NCBI RefSeq assembly: GCF_004010195.1
Contig: NC_057750.1
Coordinates: 2,494,018-2,545,841, forward strand
Reading direction: 5' to 3'
Length of the DNA: 51,824 bases
Source of the DNA: Chiloscyllium plagiosum
Lineage: Eukaryota
Each line of letters begins with the position of its first letter. Within the stretch, counting starts at the first letter, position 1. The translations under genes and the position numbers were made by a program. Shown here in pieces: positions 25,720-36,829 of the stretch. The notes under the pieces are model-generated. The model was not told where the DNA came from. It saw only the letters and a list, made by a program, of their open reading frames with translations, and searched no databases.

Positions 25720-25996
25720 CCTCATTCCTGATGAAGGGCTTTTGCCCGAAATGTCAATTCTCCTGCTCCTCAGATGCTGCCTGACCGGCTGTGCTTTTCC
25801 AGCACCACACTCTCGACTCTAACCTCCAGCATCTGCAATCCTCACTTTACCTAAAATTACCGAGACCTTGAAGTATGATGGGAATGGGGCAGGATTAGGA
25901 ACAAATCTTCGAGGAGAAAGTGAGGTCTGCAGATGCTGGAGATCAAAGTTGAAACTTTATTGCTGGAACAGCACAGCAGGTCAGGCAGCATCCAGG
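25720..25996. mobile_element. Two Penelope family A terminal fragments
   Basis: A + copy with CTGATGA at 25728, and a - copy at ~25911-25996 flanked by a ttaggaaca duplication. Confidence 0.75.
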
Positions 25997-27354
25997 GTTA
26001 GGAACAGTACTGTTAGTGTTAAAGTATTTCTGTCATTTGTTTCTTAATAAAGTTGAGGCCAAGCTGTTTCCCTAGTGAATTGACCATTTCGGTATTGTGG
26101 GATATCTGCATGAAATCACTTCTAACCTATTGGTCAAAGAGTCTGGTAGGATCTAAAGAGGTCAGACAACTATAGACAGGAGATGAATGAGAAACAGTCC
26201 TGTCTCACACCGTTAAAAACACTGTTACCAGATCTGATCATGTAATCCTCCCCTTTTTAACCTTGGACAAAAACCAAAGATTGCTTCAAGATGTCTTCAC
26301 ATCAGATCTACAGCAGTGCCAAACTTTCAGAAGGAAGTTTTATGACGTCAGCCAGATTTCTTGGAAAAGGAAGCTAGTTACATTGGCTCTATTCCACCTG
26401 CCTTTGGTGTTAATAAAAATCCTTGACATGCTTCAAAGCCAGTCTGCATTCCTGTGGACGCAACGGAACGCTTTTGCCCAAAGAATACAGGGGACCCCCA
26501 ACATCCCAGGAGCTGTCCTGGCTATCGACACCACCCAGAGGCATCAAGAAAGAAGACCCGTTCAGCAAATGCAGGAAGCACTCCTGAGCTTGAGAGGAGA
26601 CCGTACAAGGTAACACTCAACCTGGGACTTGGTTACTCGCACTGAGGGATTTTCCTTTAGCAATCGGCTCAGGGATATTACCACCCACCTCCTGGACCAG
26701 GTGGGACTTGAACCTGGTCTCCCAGGCTCTGAGGTAGGAGCACTGTCTCTGCACCACATGAGGCAGCCTTTGCTGCTTCTGGATTTTTACCAGAACAGTA
26801 CTTCAAGTGTCAGAGCTCTTCATTAATCATGGGGAGGGGGTGATCCACAACAGAGCTTTTGAAATGGGGATCTGCTGACTTTAAATAAACTAACAGTAGA
26901 TTCCAGCAGTCTCTTTGCAGTGTAACATTTGATGTACTATGCAAGGAGCTTAACCCAGCCACACCCTCCTGGGGGTCGCTTCGCGATGCCAGCAGCGCGG
27001 ATTCGAATCCCACACCAGCTGAGGTTCTGCTGAAGAACTCCCCTTTCAAACTCTTCCCAGGGCACACTGACCCTCAGGTTAAACTCCCCACCGGCCGCCT
27101 CGCTGTCCCTGATGACCGAGTGGGACTATTGCGGGGTTTTGCTTTGAAGTGAAGTGGTAACCAGGGAGCTGTTGGGCGAGTGTGAGTTGGCAAATTGATA
27201 AACCAAAGGCAGTGTCAGCCTTTTCCCAGGGGCTAATGCTGTCACGTTTGATTCAGAATTTGAGTTGGATTTCTCAGCCCTGAGACTGAATTGCCAGATT
27301 GTACACTGGGTGTTTACACTGTGGCATATTCCACCACTCAGCTCAACCGAAACC

Positions 27355-27620
27355 ATAGAATCATAGGCTCCGTACAGTGTGGAAGTCAGCCATTCAGTCT
27401 ATCAAGTTCACACCAACTCTCTGAAGGACATCCCCACCGTGTCCCTTTAACTCTGCATTTCCCATGGCCAATCCATCCTAACCTGCATACCTTTGGACTG
27501 TGGGAGGAAACCCACACAGACACTAGGAGAATGTGCACAGACAGTTACCTGAGGCTGGAATCAAACCCAGGTCCCTGGTGCTGTGAGGCACCAGTGCTAA
27601 CCACTGAGCCACCATGCTGC
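27355..27620 (-). mobile_element. HE1/V-SINE-type SINE
   Basis: Reverse-complement match. Confidence 0.75.
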
Positions 27621-28071
27621 CTGATCACACAGTGCCTGTTTAAAGAAGGAGAGAGAAATGTTTCCTTGGTACACTGGTGGGCATTAACTCCTCAGAAAAT
27701 GAATAATCAAACAGATTCCCCACTGGCTACCACATTGCTGCTTGTGGGATCCTGCTGTGCACAAGTTGGCCGCTGAGTTTCCCGCATAGCATCAGGGACG
27801 GCATTTTAGATGTACATCACTGGGATGTCCTGAGGTTGTGAAGGCACTATTTAATGCACGTGTCTGTTGTTAACCTTTTTGGGAGATTGGTGCTGTTCTG
27901 CAGTACTCCATCCACAAGCTCATTGTTAATTGGGTCGGGGCTCCACGCTGAGGTCACTTGTACAGAAATTGACAAAAGGGACTAGTTTGACAGGATGGAT
28001 GTTTGTTTTAGTGGAATTCACAATGCTGACAAAGGCCAATCAGCCCAACTCTGGTGTACTAGCCCACATAA

Positions 28072-28392
28072 TGATTTGATGCCGGTGTTGGACTGGGGTG
28101 TACAAATTTAAAAATCACATAACACCAGGTTATAGTCCAACAGGTTTAACCGGAAGCACTAGCTTTCGGAGCGCTGCTCCTTCATCAGGTGGTTGTGTGG
28201 ACTAATAAACCTCTTGGACTATAACCTGGTAGGAGAAAGTGAGGACTGCAGATGCTGGAGAGCAGAGTTGAAAAGTGTGGTGCTGGAAAAGCGCAGCAGG
28301 TCAGGCAACATCCAAGGAGCAGGAGAATCGACGTTTCGGGCATGAGCCCTTCAGGAGTGTTGGACTATAACCTGGTGTTGTGATTTTTAACT
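28072..28392. mobile_element. Penelope family B inverted pair with nested family A copy
   Basis: The A insert at 28231-28359 is flanked by ttggactataacctggt (28214-28230, 28360-28376). Confidence 0.8.
28157..28191 (-). ncRNA. Minimal type-I hammerhead ribozyme motif (family B)
   Basis: Minus strand reads CAC-CUGAUGA-A-[GGAGC AGC GCUCC]-GAA-[AGCU]-A-GUG. Complete core, perfect stem II, palindromic stem III, CAC/GUG stem I and a CUA cleavage triplet. Confidence 0.7.
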
Positions 28393-28444
28393 CCGCCCAT
28401 GTAAGAGTTGTGTGTTCGTCCCATTTCTATTTTCAGATGCTCCA

Positions 28445-28770
28445 ATTAGATTAGAATCCCTACAGTGTGGAAACAGGCCCTTCGGCCCATCAAGTCCACA
28501 CCAACCCTCCAAACATTAACCCACCCAGACCCATTCCCCTACCCTATATTTATCCCTGACTAATGCACCTAACCTACACATCCCTATGGGTAATTTAGCA
28601 TGGCTAATTCATCTAACCCGCACATCTTTGGACTGTGGGAGGAAACTGGAGCACCCGGAGGAAACCCACGCAGACACTGGGAGAATGTGCAAACTCCACA
28701 CACATTTGCCTGAGGTGGGAATTGAACCTGGGTCTCTGGCGCTGCTAACCACTCTGCTATGGTGCCGCCC
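28445..28770 (-). mobile_element. HE1/V-SINE-type SINE
   Basis: Reverse-complement match with (attag)n tail. Confidence 0.88.
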
Positions 28771-30589
28771 ACTAATAGTTCAACTCTTTCCTTTTCAAGC
28801 TATTTGGGATTCTGATCTCAGTCTGACATTCTGCATCCAAAACAAAATTCAACTTATGCCCAAAAAGGAGTAACTTTTGCTTCTCTCGTCAATGTTTTGA
28901 CAATTGGCTTCACTTCATGGGAACCACTCCTAAATTTCTGTGCAGTGGAAATTATCTATCACAATTGTTTTTAGTCAAAATGTTTATTTAACTTTGACAA
29001 ACTTCCAACACCAGGAGGAATCACTTAAATTTACTTGGAAAAACAAATTCTGTTAAAACAGCACCTTCATGGTAAGGCGATGTTACAAGGTCATGTGTAA
29101 TGGAAATTTCATTTGACATCAAGTGCTATCGGGAGGTATTTGGAAAGATGATATTAGCTCAGTTTTTAGAAGTTCGAAATTAAGGAGGATATTCAAGGAG
29201 AGATAGTCAGAGGGGTTTCTGGAGGGAATTCCAGAACTTGGGATCCAGGCAGCTGAAGGCATGGCTGCCAGTGGTGGATCTGGAAATGCTCTTGAGGTCA
29301 GAATTGGATACTTATGGACCTGGAGGAGGTTAGAGATGAGGGATGAAACTTGTGAATTTGAGGAATTCTCAAACCAGGAAGCGACTCCAATCAGTGTGTG
29401 CAGTGGGGTGATGTGCGAGTGTAGTTTAGCTACTAGTTCGGTTAAAAAGAGCAGAGCTTCCGATGAGCTGAGGTCAATGAAGGATGCAAGATGGAGGCCT
29501 TGAAATTGTCAAGCCTTGAGTCTAGAATGGTCTGTGTGATGCTGGCTGATTTCAACTTGGGCACCTGATAGAGTTAGCTCTTACCAGGCATGTCAAGCAA
29601 ATTAGGGGGGTTACTGCAGGTTTTTTATTCATTCATGAGATGAGGGTGTCTCTGGTTAGGCCCAGGATTTATTACCCCATCCCTAATTGTCCAGTGGGCA
29701 GTTAAGAGTTGACCACATTGCTATGGGTCTGGAGTCATATGTAAGCCAGACCAGGTAAGGATGGCAGTTTCCTTCCCTGAAGGAGATTAGTGACCCAGAT
29801 GGGGTTTTTCAACAATCGATTCATGGTCATCATTAGACCTTTAATTCCTTATTTCTGTTGATTTCAAAATCTAGCCTTTGCTGTGGTGGGATTCCATATT
29901 CCATGGGACATTACCTGGATCTCTGGATTAACAGTCCAGTGTCATTAGCATGAGGCCATCAGTCTCTCCATACAGTGGGAAGCCCCTTAGACTGTTGTTC
30001 ATCACTGTCTAAACTTGTACCAACATAAGGGCTACAATGGTGTCTGAAGATACTGCTGATACACAAACTACTCTTCCCTTGCATAGGAAGTAGTTTTAAT
30101 AAGAATGTAACCACTGGGTATGTTTGTGAAAATCTAGTTATAGGGCCATCACTGGACAGTGGTGATACTGGGTCAAATCCCATCACTGCAGCTGGTGAAG
30201 CAGGAGTACAATTAACCAATCTGAAATTGAAGAGTTCATCTCCATAATGGTAACCACCAAATTGTTGGAATGTTTACTAATGTCCTTTTAGGGAAGGAAA
30301 TCTGCCATCCTTACCCAGTCTGGCCTACATGTGTCTCAGACCCACAGCGATGTGGTTAACTCTCAACTGCCCCCTGAAATAGACATTAGTAAACATTCCA
30401 GCAACTTGGTTACCATGATGGAGATTAACATTTTGATTTCAGGTTGGTTAATTGTTTCATACAGCACAGAATTAGACCCTTCATCCAACTCGTCTGTGCC
30501 ATCCAGAGATCCCAATCTCCCCTCACCCAATATTCAGCCCATATCCCTTTAAATTCATCCTATTAATCACACCTCCCAGTTCCAGGACA

Positions 30590-30870
30590 ACAGCACAGTG
30601 GTTAACACTGCTGCCTCACGGACCAGGGATCTGGGTTTGATTCCAACTTTGGGTGACTGTGTGGAGTTTGCACATTCTCCCTGTATCTGCGTGGGTTTCC
30701 TCCTACAGTCCAAAGATGTGCAGGTCAGGGTGGATTGACTATGCTAAATTGCCCCATGATGTGCAGGCTAGGTGCGTTAGCCATGGTGAATGCAGGGGTT
30801 GGTGTGGGATGATCTGTGGAAAGTCTGAGCAGCCTTGATGGGCTGAATGGCCTGTTTCCGCACTTGCGGG
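30590..30870 (+). mobile_element. HE1/V-SINE-type SINE
   Basis: Head and V core present, ~140 bp upstream of the cytokine exon acceptor. Confidence 0.8.
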
Positions 30871-31008
30871 ATGGGTAATAAATGCTGACCTTGTCAGTGA
30901 CATCTGCTTATTGATGAAATAAATGCCCAGCCAAGTCTCAGTATGGAATGTTAAAATTAAGAGATGGGACTGTATGGGACTTTAGGTTTCCTGTGCTCTG
31001 TCTTTCAG

Positions 31009-31101
31009 ATGTTGACCATTGACCATATCAGACAGACACGCAGTGAGGAACATTCGGAGTCAACGTTTGTGTCATCCGCGCTCACTGACCAATATCTCTG
31101 A
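31009..31101 (+). other. Upstream ORF in the 5' part of the first coding exon
   Basis: ATG directly after the acceptor AG (31007-31008) opens MLTIDHIRQTRSEEHSESTFVSSALTDQYL*. It is out of frame with the cytokine and stops 13 nt before the cytokine ATG. Confidence 0.5.
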
Positions 31102-31114
31102 AGGGAGCCCTGAC

Positions 31115-31234
31115 ATGAGTGTGTTTTACTGCTGCCTTGCATTGTGTGTCATGATGGGGGTGACCATTGGGAGTGGTAGCAATCTCTTTTTCATGGAGTT
31201 TGATGTGGATCTTTCAGCTTTGCAGCAGGCAATG
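31115..31234 (+). CDS. il15l: IL-2/IL-15/IL-15L-family cytokine (probably IL-15-like), coding exon 1: signal peptide + helix A
   Basis: ATG at 31115 (gacATGa) reads MSVFYCCLALCVMMGVTIGSGSNLFFMEFDVDLSALQQAM. It has a hydrophobic leader followed by a D-L-x-x-L helix-A motif (cf. IL-15 DLKKI, IL-2 DLQMI). It ends at the phase-0 donor ATG|gtaagg. The exon appears to begin at the acceptor ctgtctttcag|31009. The family call is strong; the IL-15L orthology is inferred. Confidence 0.85.
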
Positions 31235-32390
31235 GTAAGGACTGGTGCAATTGCTAATGGCCTGCATTTTGAGACAACACTGTGATTTCATTCATCATTG
31301 ACACAATCATTTCCCCTGGAAATTGCAAAGTTGACATCAACTGGCCCTGATTTGAAGGGGGTTGGAGTATAAGAGCGGGGAAGTCTTACTGAAACTGTAC
31401 AAGGTGCTGGTGGGATCGCATCCAGAGCACCATGAGCAGTCTTGGCTTCCCAATACTTAAGGGGACAGGGCGGTAATACAATTGGATGAGTAAACTGAGG
31501 GTTCAAAGCCCACCCTGGCATCTGCTGGAAATTGAAATGTAGTTGTTTAAGTGCCTGGAATTATAAACCAGGCTGTGAGGGATGGTAATGGTATCATTGA
31601 TCTAAAAACCCAGTTAGATCACTCGTGTCCCTCAGGGGAGGGAATCTGCCATTATCACCCAGTCTGGCCTATAACTGACTCCATAAACTCATTTGAATAT
31701 CTGAAGCCTCGTTTCTGACCATGCTCCAGCTCCCACTTACCCATCATTCTCCCAGCCCCCCCAGCCACATTGGCTCCTGATTCACCAATTCCCTGTTTAT
31801 GGCATTTCCATTCCTCAGGTCAAAGCCTTGCATCACCTCACCCTTCCCTATCTCTGTAACCTCCCCCAACTCCAACACCCTCTCCCTCCCTCCCTATCTC
31901 TGTCACCCCCTCCCGCCCCTACACCCAATAATGTCGGACCAATAGCATTTAAATGTTATACGTCGAGCTGAGGCAGAAGTTTGATAGATCAGAAACCTTT
32001 GGATTCCAAATGCTCCAATGAGCTAGCCTTTTGTTCAAAATGAACAGGAACGATATACAGGAACAGTTTCAGAATTCCTGACGGGGAGTTGAGATGAGCT
32101 CATTCTGGGATTACAACAGTGATGTGATTGTTTTTGACTGGGGCAGTCTCGATGGGCTGATGGGTCTTTTTCTGTGTGATTGACCTTCCTTACACAGCAT
32201 CTGCATTCACATCCAGCTCAATGGAAAGAATGAAAGGCTGTTCCTGACTCTTTGCTGTGGCGATGATGGGACGGACATCTCATACAGGAATTAAAGAATT
32301 TCTTTCTTATAATAAGATTTTAAAAGGTTGGATAATAACATCAATATTAGCTGCTAAATAAAAACAAACATTCAACATTCTACCCTCTAG

Positions 32391-32441
32391 GAGAATGAAG
32401 GTGACATGAAACTGTATTGTCCTGATTCCTACTATGTCAAA
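32391..32441 (+). CDS. il15l: IL-15-like cytokine, coding exon 2 (AB loop)
   Basis: taccctctag|GAG...AAA|gtaagt, 51 nt, phase 0/0. Reads ENEGDMKLYCPDSYYVK, matching the family 'LY(T)P/LYTE' loop exon (human IL-15 SMHIDATLYTESDVHP). Confidence 0.88.
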
Positions 32442-32544
32442 GTAAGTATTTGATCAGCTTTTATTTATCTCATTCCTCCTCCTTATCTTGCATGTTGTGT
32501 TTGTTAACTTCACTACGTTATGAAGGTGAAGTGGAGGTCACCTT

Positions 32545-33110
32545 AGAATACAGAACAGTATGTGAACAGGCCCTTCGGCCCACCATGTTGTGCTGAGTGT
32601 GACACCATGTTAAACTAACCCCTTCTGCCTGCCCTTGGTCCATATCCCTTCATTCCTTGCATATCCATGTGCTTATCCTAAAGCCCCTGAAATGCCCCTA
32701 TCATACCTGCCTCCACCACCACCCTAGGCAGCGTGTTCCACACTCCTACCACTCTGTGTAAAACACTTGCCCCTCACATCGTCTTTGAACTTGCCCCCTC
32801 TCACCTTTAAATGCACACGCCCTAGTATTAGACATTTCAACTCTGGGCAAAATGTTTCTGACCATCAACCCTCTCTCTTTGCATCTCATAATATTTATAT
32901 ATAGACTTCTGTCCAGTCTCCCCTCAGCCTCTGCCACTCCAGAGAAATCAATCCGAGTTTGTCTAGCCCATCTTGTAGCTCAGACCCTCTAATCCTGGTA
33001 AACCTCTACTGCACCCTCTTGAGTCTCCACACACTTCCTGTAGTGTGGGCGATCAGAACTGAATGCCAAGGGTGGTCGAACCAAAGTCCTATGAACGTTA
33101 CAAAAGCTGC
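32545..33110 (-). mobile_element. CR1 LINE 3' fragment in cytokine intron 2
   Basis: Reverse-complement CR1 tail and RT end. Confidence 0.8.
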
Positions 33111-34436
33111 CTTCATATCTACACATCCGAATCTGAACCACTGTCTTCTGCAAACCCCCTCTGCTTCCTATCCCATTCTAGACCAATTCCTCCCAAATGC
33201 AACACAGAAGGCATGAGGATGGTTGGACAAAATTCAGAGTTTTTTCACGAAGTGCAGAGCACGGATCATAAATAGTAACAGGAGGAGGCAGTTTGACCCC
33301 TTGAACCTGTTCTGGGTGAAACAGGGCACAGCGCTGTAACTACAGAGCCCAAGAGACACTTTCCAACAGGTTCTGAGGGGGAGACAGCTTGTTGAATTTA
33401 TCCTATCTTCCTGATTTACTCAGCACAGTTTTTAAAACTCATTCAGGGAATGTGGGTGTCTCTGGCTGGGCTCAGTGTGTATTGCCCCGTCCCTAGTTGA
33501 CCCTGGAGAAGGTGAGGGTGAGCTGCCATCTTGAACCGCTGCAGTCCACCTGCTGTGGGTTGGAGCACCAACGACAGCCAGTCGAAAGACCCCTGGATTT
33601 TGCTGAGAATGATGTCAGTCTTCATTGACTGGTGCAATCTCTATGGTAATACCCTGGGTGACCAGGATCCAGTTGCCAACCAATCAGCACTCTCCTTTCA
33701 TACCATGTAAATCTTGCTTTTCCCCTTTGAATTGCTATTCTTGTGAATGGTCCTGATAGGTGAAAGATGAAAAGCTTCAACATGTCTTATTCTCAATAAT
33801 ACTCAAGATCTGTACCACTGAAGGGCTACACATTTTTCTATACATTTGTACCTCTTGAATTTTTCTCCTAATATGTACCTTTCCCTCCCATTATTTTGTC
33901 ATGTTCTATCTAGTCAATCTGATATTCATCATGTTCTGTTTTTTTTAAAAACCATTGTTAATATTTGAAAAATGTGCAGCAACATGTCTAGACCAAAGAG
34001 TCAGATCAACTTGTTCATTTCCGTCATTTTCTGTTGTTTCACGTCTCCGCCTCCTTGTTTTAACAAAATGTGGAATTTTCCTAAATCCTCTGCAAAGCTG
34101 AGAGCTTCCTCTCTGCCACAGGGATGTGGTGGGAATGTTGCTGTGCTAGTAATATTCCAGCTTCCCAAACTAATGCCCTGAGAGCGTAGAGACAAAATAC
34201 ACCATCTCAGTTCAATGAGAGAATCTGGGATTAAAAGTTGATTTAACAAATCAGAGCAGGACTTGCACAATGAAAAGCAGGGCATTGGCTAGTGCTGATT
34301 TAGGTTAGAGCGTGAGTAGGAAAGGTTTGGAGGGATATGGGCCACGTGCAGGAAAGTGGGACTAGTTTAGTTCCGGATTATGGCCAGCATGAACTGGTTG
34401 GACCAAAAGGTCTGTTTCTGTGCTGGATGACTCTGA

Positions 34437-34760
34437 GGGCAGTATGGTGGCTCAGTGGTGAGCACTGCTGCTTCATAGCGCCAGGGACCCAGGTTCGATT
34501 CCAGCCTCAGGCAACTGTGTGTGTGGAGTTTGCACGTTCTCCCCACATCTGCGTGGGTTTCCTCCCACAGTCCAAAGATGTGCTGGTTTGGGTAGAATGG
34601 CCCTGGGAAATTGTCCCATAGTGTTCGAGGATGTGTAGGTTGGTGGATGAGCTATGGGAAATGCGGGGTTAGAGGGATAGGGTGAGTGGGATGCTCTTCA
34701 GAGGGTCAGTGTGGACTTGATTGGCTGAATGGCCTGTTACCGCACTGCATGATTCTATGA
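34437..34760 (+). mobile_element. HE1/V-SINE-type SINE in cytokine intron 2
   Basis: ggtggctcagtggtgagcactgctgc...ggttcgattcc head and V core. Confidence 0.85.
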
Positions 34761-35053
34761 CTCCTTCCTTTAGGAAGAGAAAGCTACCCATCCTTGCCCT
34801 GTCTGGCCTACATGTGATTCCAGACCTTCAGCAAAGTGGCTGACTCTTAACTGCCTTTTGAATTGGAGATGGGCAAAATTAATATCATGCTCACATTCCA
34901 TGGTTTTTTTTTTAAAAAAAAAAGGCAGGAAGGACCTCTGCTCACAATATCACCAGCTGTGTACTGCTGCTGCCCTTCATGTTGTCTGTCAGCTGATCTA
35001 AGACTTTATTCATGCAGCCACATAGAAATGGTGTGATGTTCATTTCGCTGCAG

Positions 35054-35194
35054 ACTTGCCAGAGAGAGGCAATGGAGTGTTTCAGAGAGGAACTAAACGT
35101 CTTGGATTTTGAATATGACGGAACTTTGAAGCAGAACGTCTCTGACATCATAGTCAGGTTAAAACGAGCTTTTGATTTCCATCTTTCTCATCTG
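35054..35194 (+). CDS. il15l: IL-15-like cytokine, coding exon 3 (helices B and C)
   Basis: ttcgctgcag|ACT...CTG|gtaagt, 141 nt, phase 0/0. Reads TCQREAMECFREELNVLDFEYDGTLKQNVSDIIVRLKRAFDFHLSHL, which aligns by eye with human IL-15 SCKVTAMKCFLLELQVISLE. Confidence 0.92.
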
Positions 35195-35368
35195 GTAAGT
35201 CTGACCGTGAAGTCCTTCCTTGCTACACAATCATTCAGATGCTGAACCCTGCAGATGACTGTGTTTATAAGTGATGGCTGTGGACCATGGTAAAAATGAG
35301 TAGAGTTAATGTGTCATAACCCCCACTAGCAATCTAGTGTTGCTATCAAAGGCTTAGATTAGATTATG

Positions 35369-35710
35369 ATTTGGAGATGCCGGTTTCAGACTGGGGTGTA
35401 CAAAGTTTAAAAATCTCACAACACCAGGTTATAGTCCAATAGGTTTAATTGGAAGCGCTAGCTTTCAGAGCACCGCTCCTTCATCAGGTGGTTGTGGAGG
35501 ACACAATTGTAAGGCACAGAATTTATAGCAAAAGTTTACAGTGTGATGTAACTGAAATTATACATTGAAAAATACCTTGATTATCTGTGTCTCTCGTCTG
35601 TTTGAATACCATGATAGTTTCACATACTGTCCAGCTAACACCAATTGTTACTGCTAACCTGAGAATGCAACTTTTTAAAAAAGGTTTTGTGATTTACACA
35701 TGAAAGAAGT
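35369..35710 (-). mobile_element. Penelope family B terminal fragment in cytokine intron 3
   Basis: Matches 18054-18330. Confidence 0.75.
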
Positions 35711-35711
35711 G

Positions 35712-36375
35712 AAACAGACCCTTCGGTCCAACTCGTCCATGCTAACAAGATATCCTAAACTAATCTAGTTCCGTTTGTCAACACCCGGCCCATATCCCTC
35801 TAGTCTAAACTCTTCCTATTCATATACCCACCCAGATGCATTTTAAATGTTGTAATTGTACCAGCCTCCACCACTTCCTCTAGGAGAAAGTGAGGACTGC
35901 AGATGCTGGAGATCAGAGCTGAAAATGTGTTGCTGGAAAAGCGCAGCAGGTCAGGCAGCATCCAAGGAGCAGGAGAATCGACATTTTGGGCATGAGCCCC
36001 TCTTCAGGAATTCCTGAAGGGCTCCTGCTGTGTTTTCCAGCAACACATTTTCAGCTCCACCACTTCCTCTGGCAGCTCATTCCATACACAAACTACCCAA
36101 CTGCATGGAAAAAGTTGCCCTTCAGGTTCTTTTTTCATATCTTCCCCTCTTACCCTAAACCTTTGCCCTCGAGTTCTGGACTTTTTTTTTTCTTCCACCC
36201 CAAGGAAAATACCTTGTCTGTTCATCCTATCTAAGCCCCTCACAATTTTGAGGTCACCCCTCAGCCTCCGACGCTCCAGGGAAAACAGCCCCAACCTGTT
36301 CAGCCTCTCCCTGTAGCTCAGATCCTCTAATCCTGACAACATCCTTGTAAATCTTTTCTGAAATATTTCAAGTTT
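35712..36375 (-). mobile_element. CR1 3' fragment with nested family A fold-back (35882-36054)
   Basis: 16-bp TSD ctccaccacttcctct at 35866-35881 and 36055-36070. Confidence 0.85.
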
Positions 36376-36706
36376 AGTTACGTCCTTTGGAGAGGGAAAT
36401 TTGACGTCCTTGCCTGATTCAGACACACACACTGTTCCAGGGTAGTTAGGGATGGGCAATAAATGCTGACCTTGCCCAGTAATACCCCATGTCCCATGGA
36501 AAAACACCGGTGTACTAGAATGAGGAACTCAGATTGGTTAAGGTAAGTGGTCGAGGGGGAAGGTCGGATGGTGTTTGGTGGTAGGATGGGGATGGAGTAT
36601 TTACATTCATTGGGGTTGGTGTCTGATAACCCTAAGCACTTGATGTAACCTCTGACATGTCTGAATGAATATTCAGCATAATCTGAGTTGGACTGTCCTC
36701 TCTCAG

Positions 36707-36829
36707 AACGTTTCCAAAAGCTGCCAACACTGTGAACGTTTTGAAGAGAAACCTGCGACAGAATTTCTAAACAGTTTGAAGACCCTTATGCAGTTTCACA
36801 ACAAAAGATTATTGACGTCACCACAGTGA
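36707..36829 (+). CDS. il15l: IL-15-like cytokine, coding exon 4 (CD loop + helix D, stop)
   Basis: cctctctcag|AAC...TGA. Reads NVSKSCQHCERFEEKPATEFLNSLKTLMQFHNKRLLTSPQ*, with CxxCE and FLxxLxxLxQ motifs (human IL-15 [30 protein letters not shown]). Confidence 0.92.
   Translation, partial: NVSKSCQHCERFEEKPATEFLNSLKTLMQFHNKRLLTSPQ

Noticed and set aside
31009..31234. Canonical IL-15 with a long leader spliced in from upstream exons
   Set aside because: The acceptor phase would fit, but an in-frame TGA at 31013-31015 blocks read-in, and a self-contained signal peptide follows the ATG at 31115.
31019..31285. ORF-track versions of the cytokine exons (31019..31285 and 35012..35245) as standalone genes
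   Set aside because: They overrun splice sites; only the exon portions match the family.
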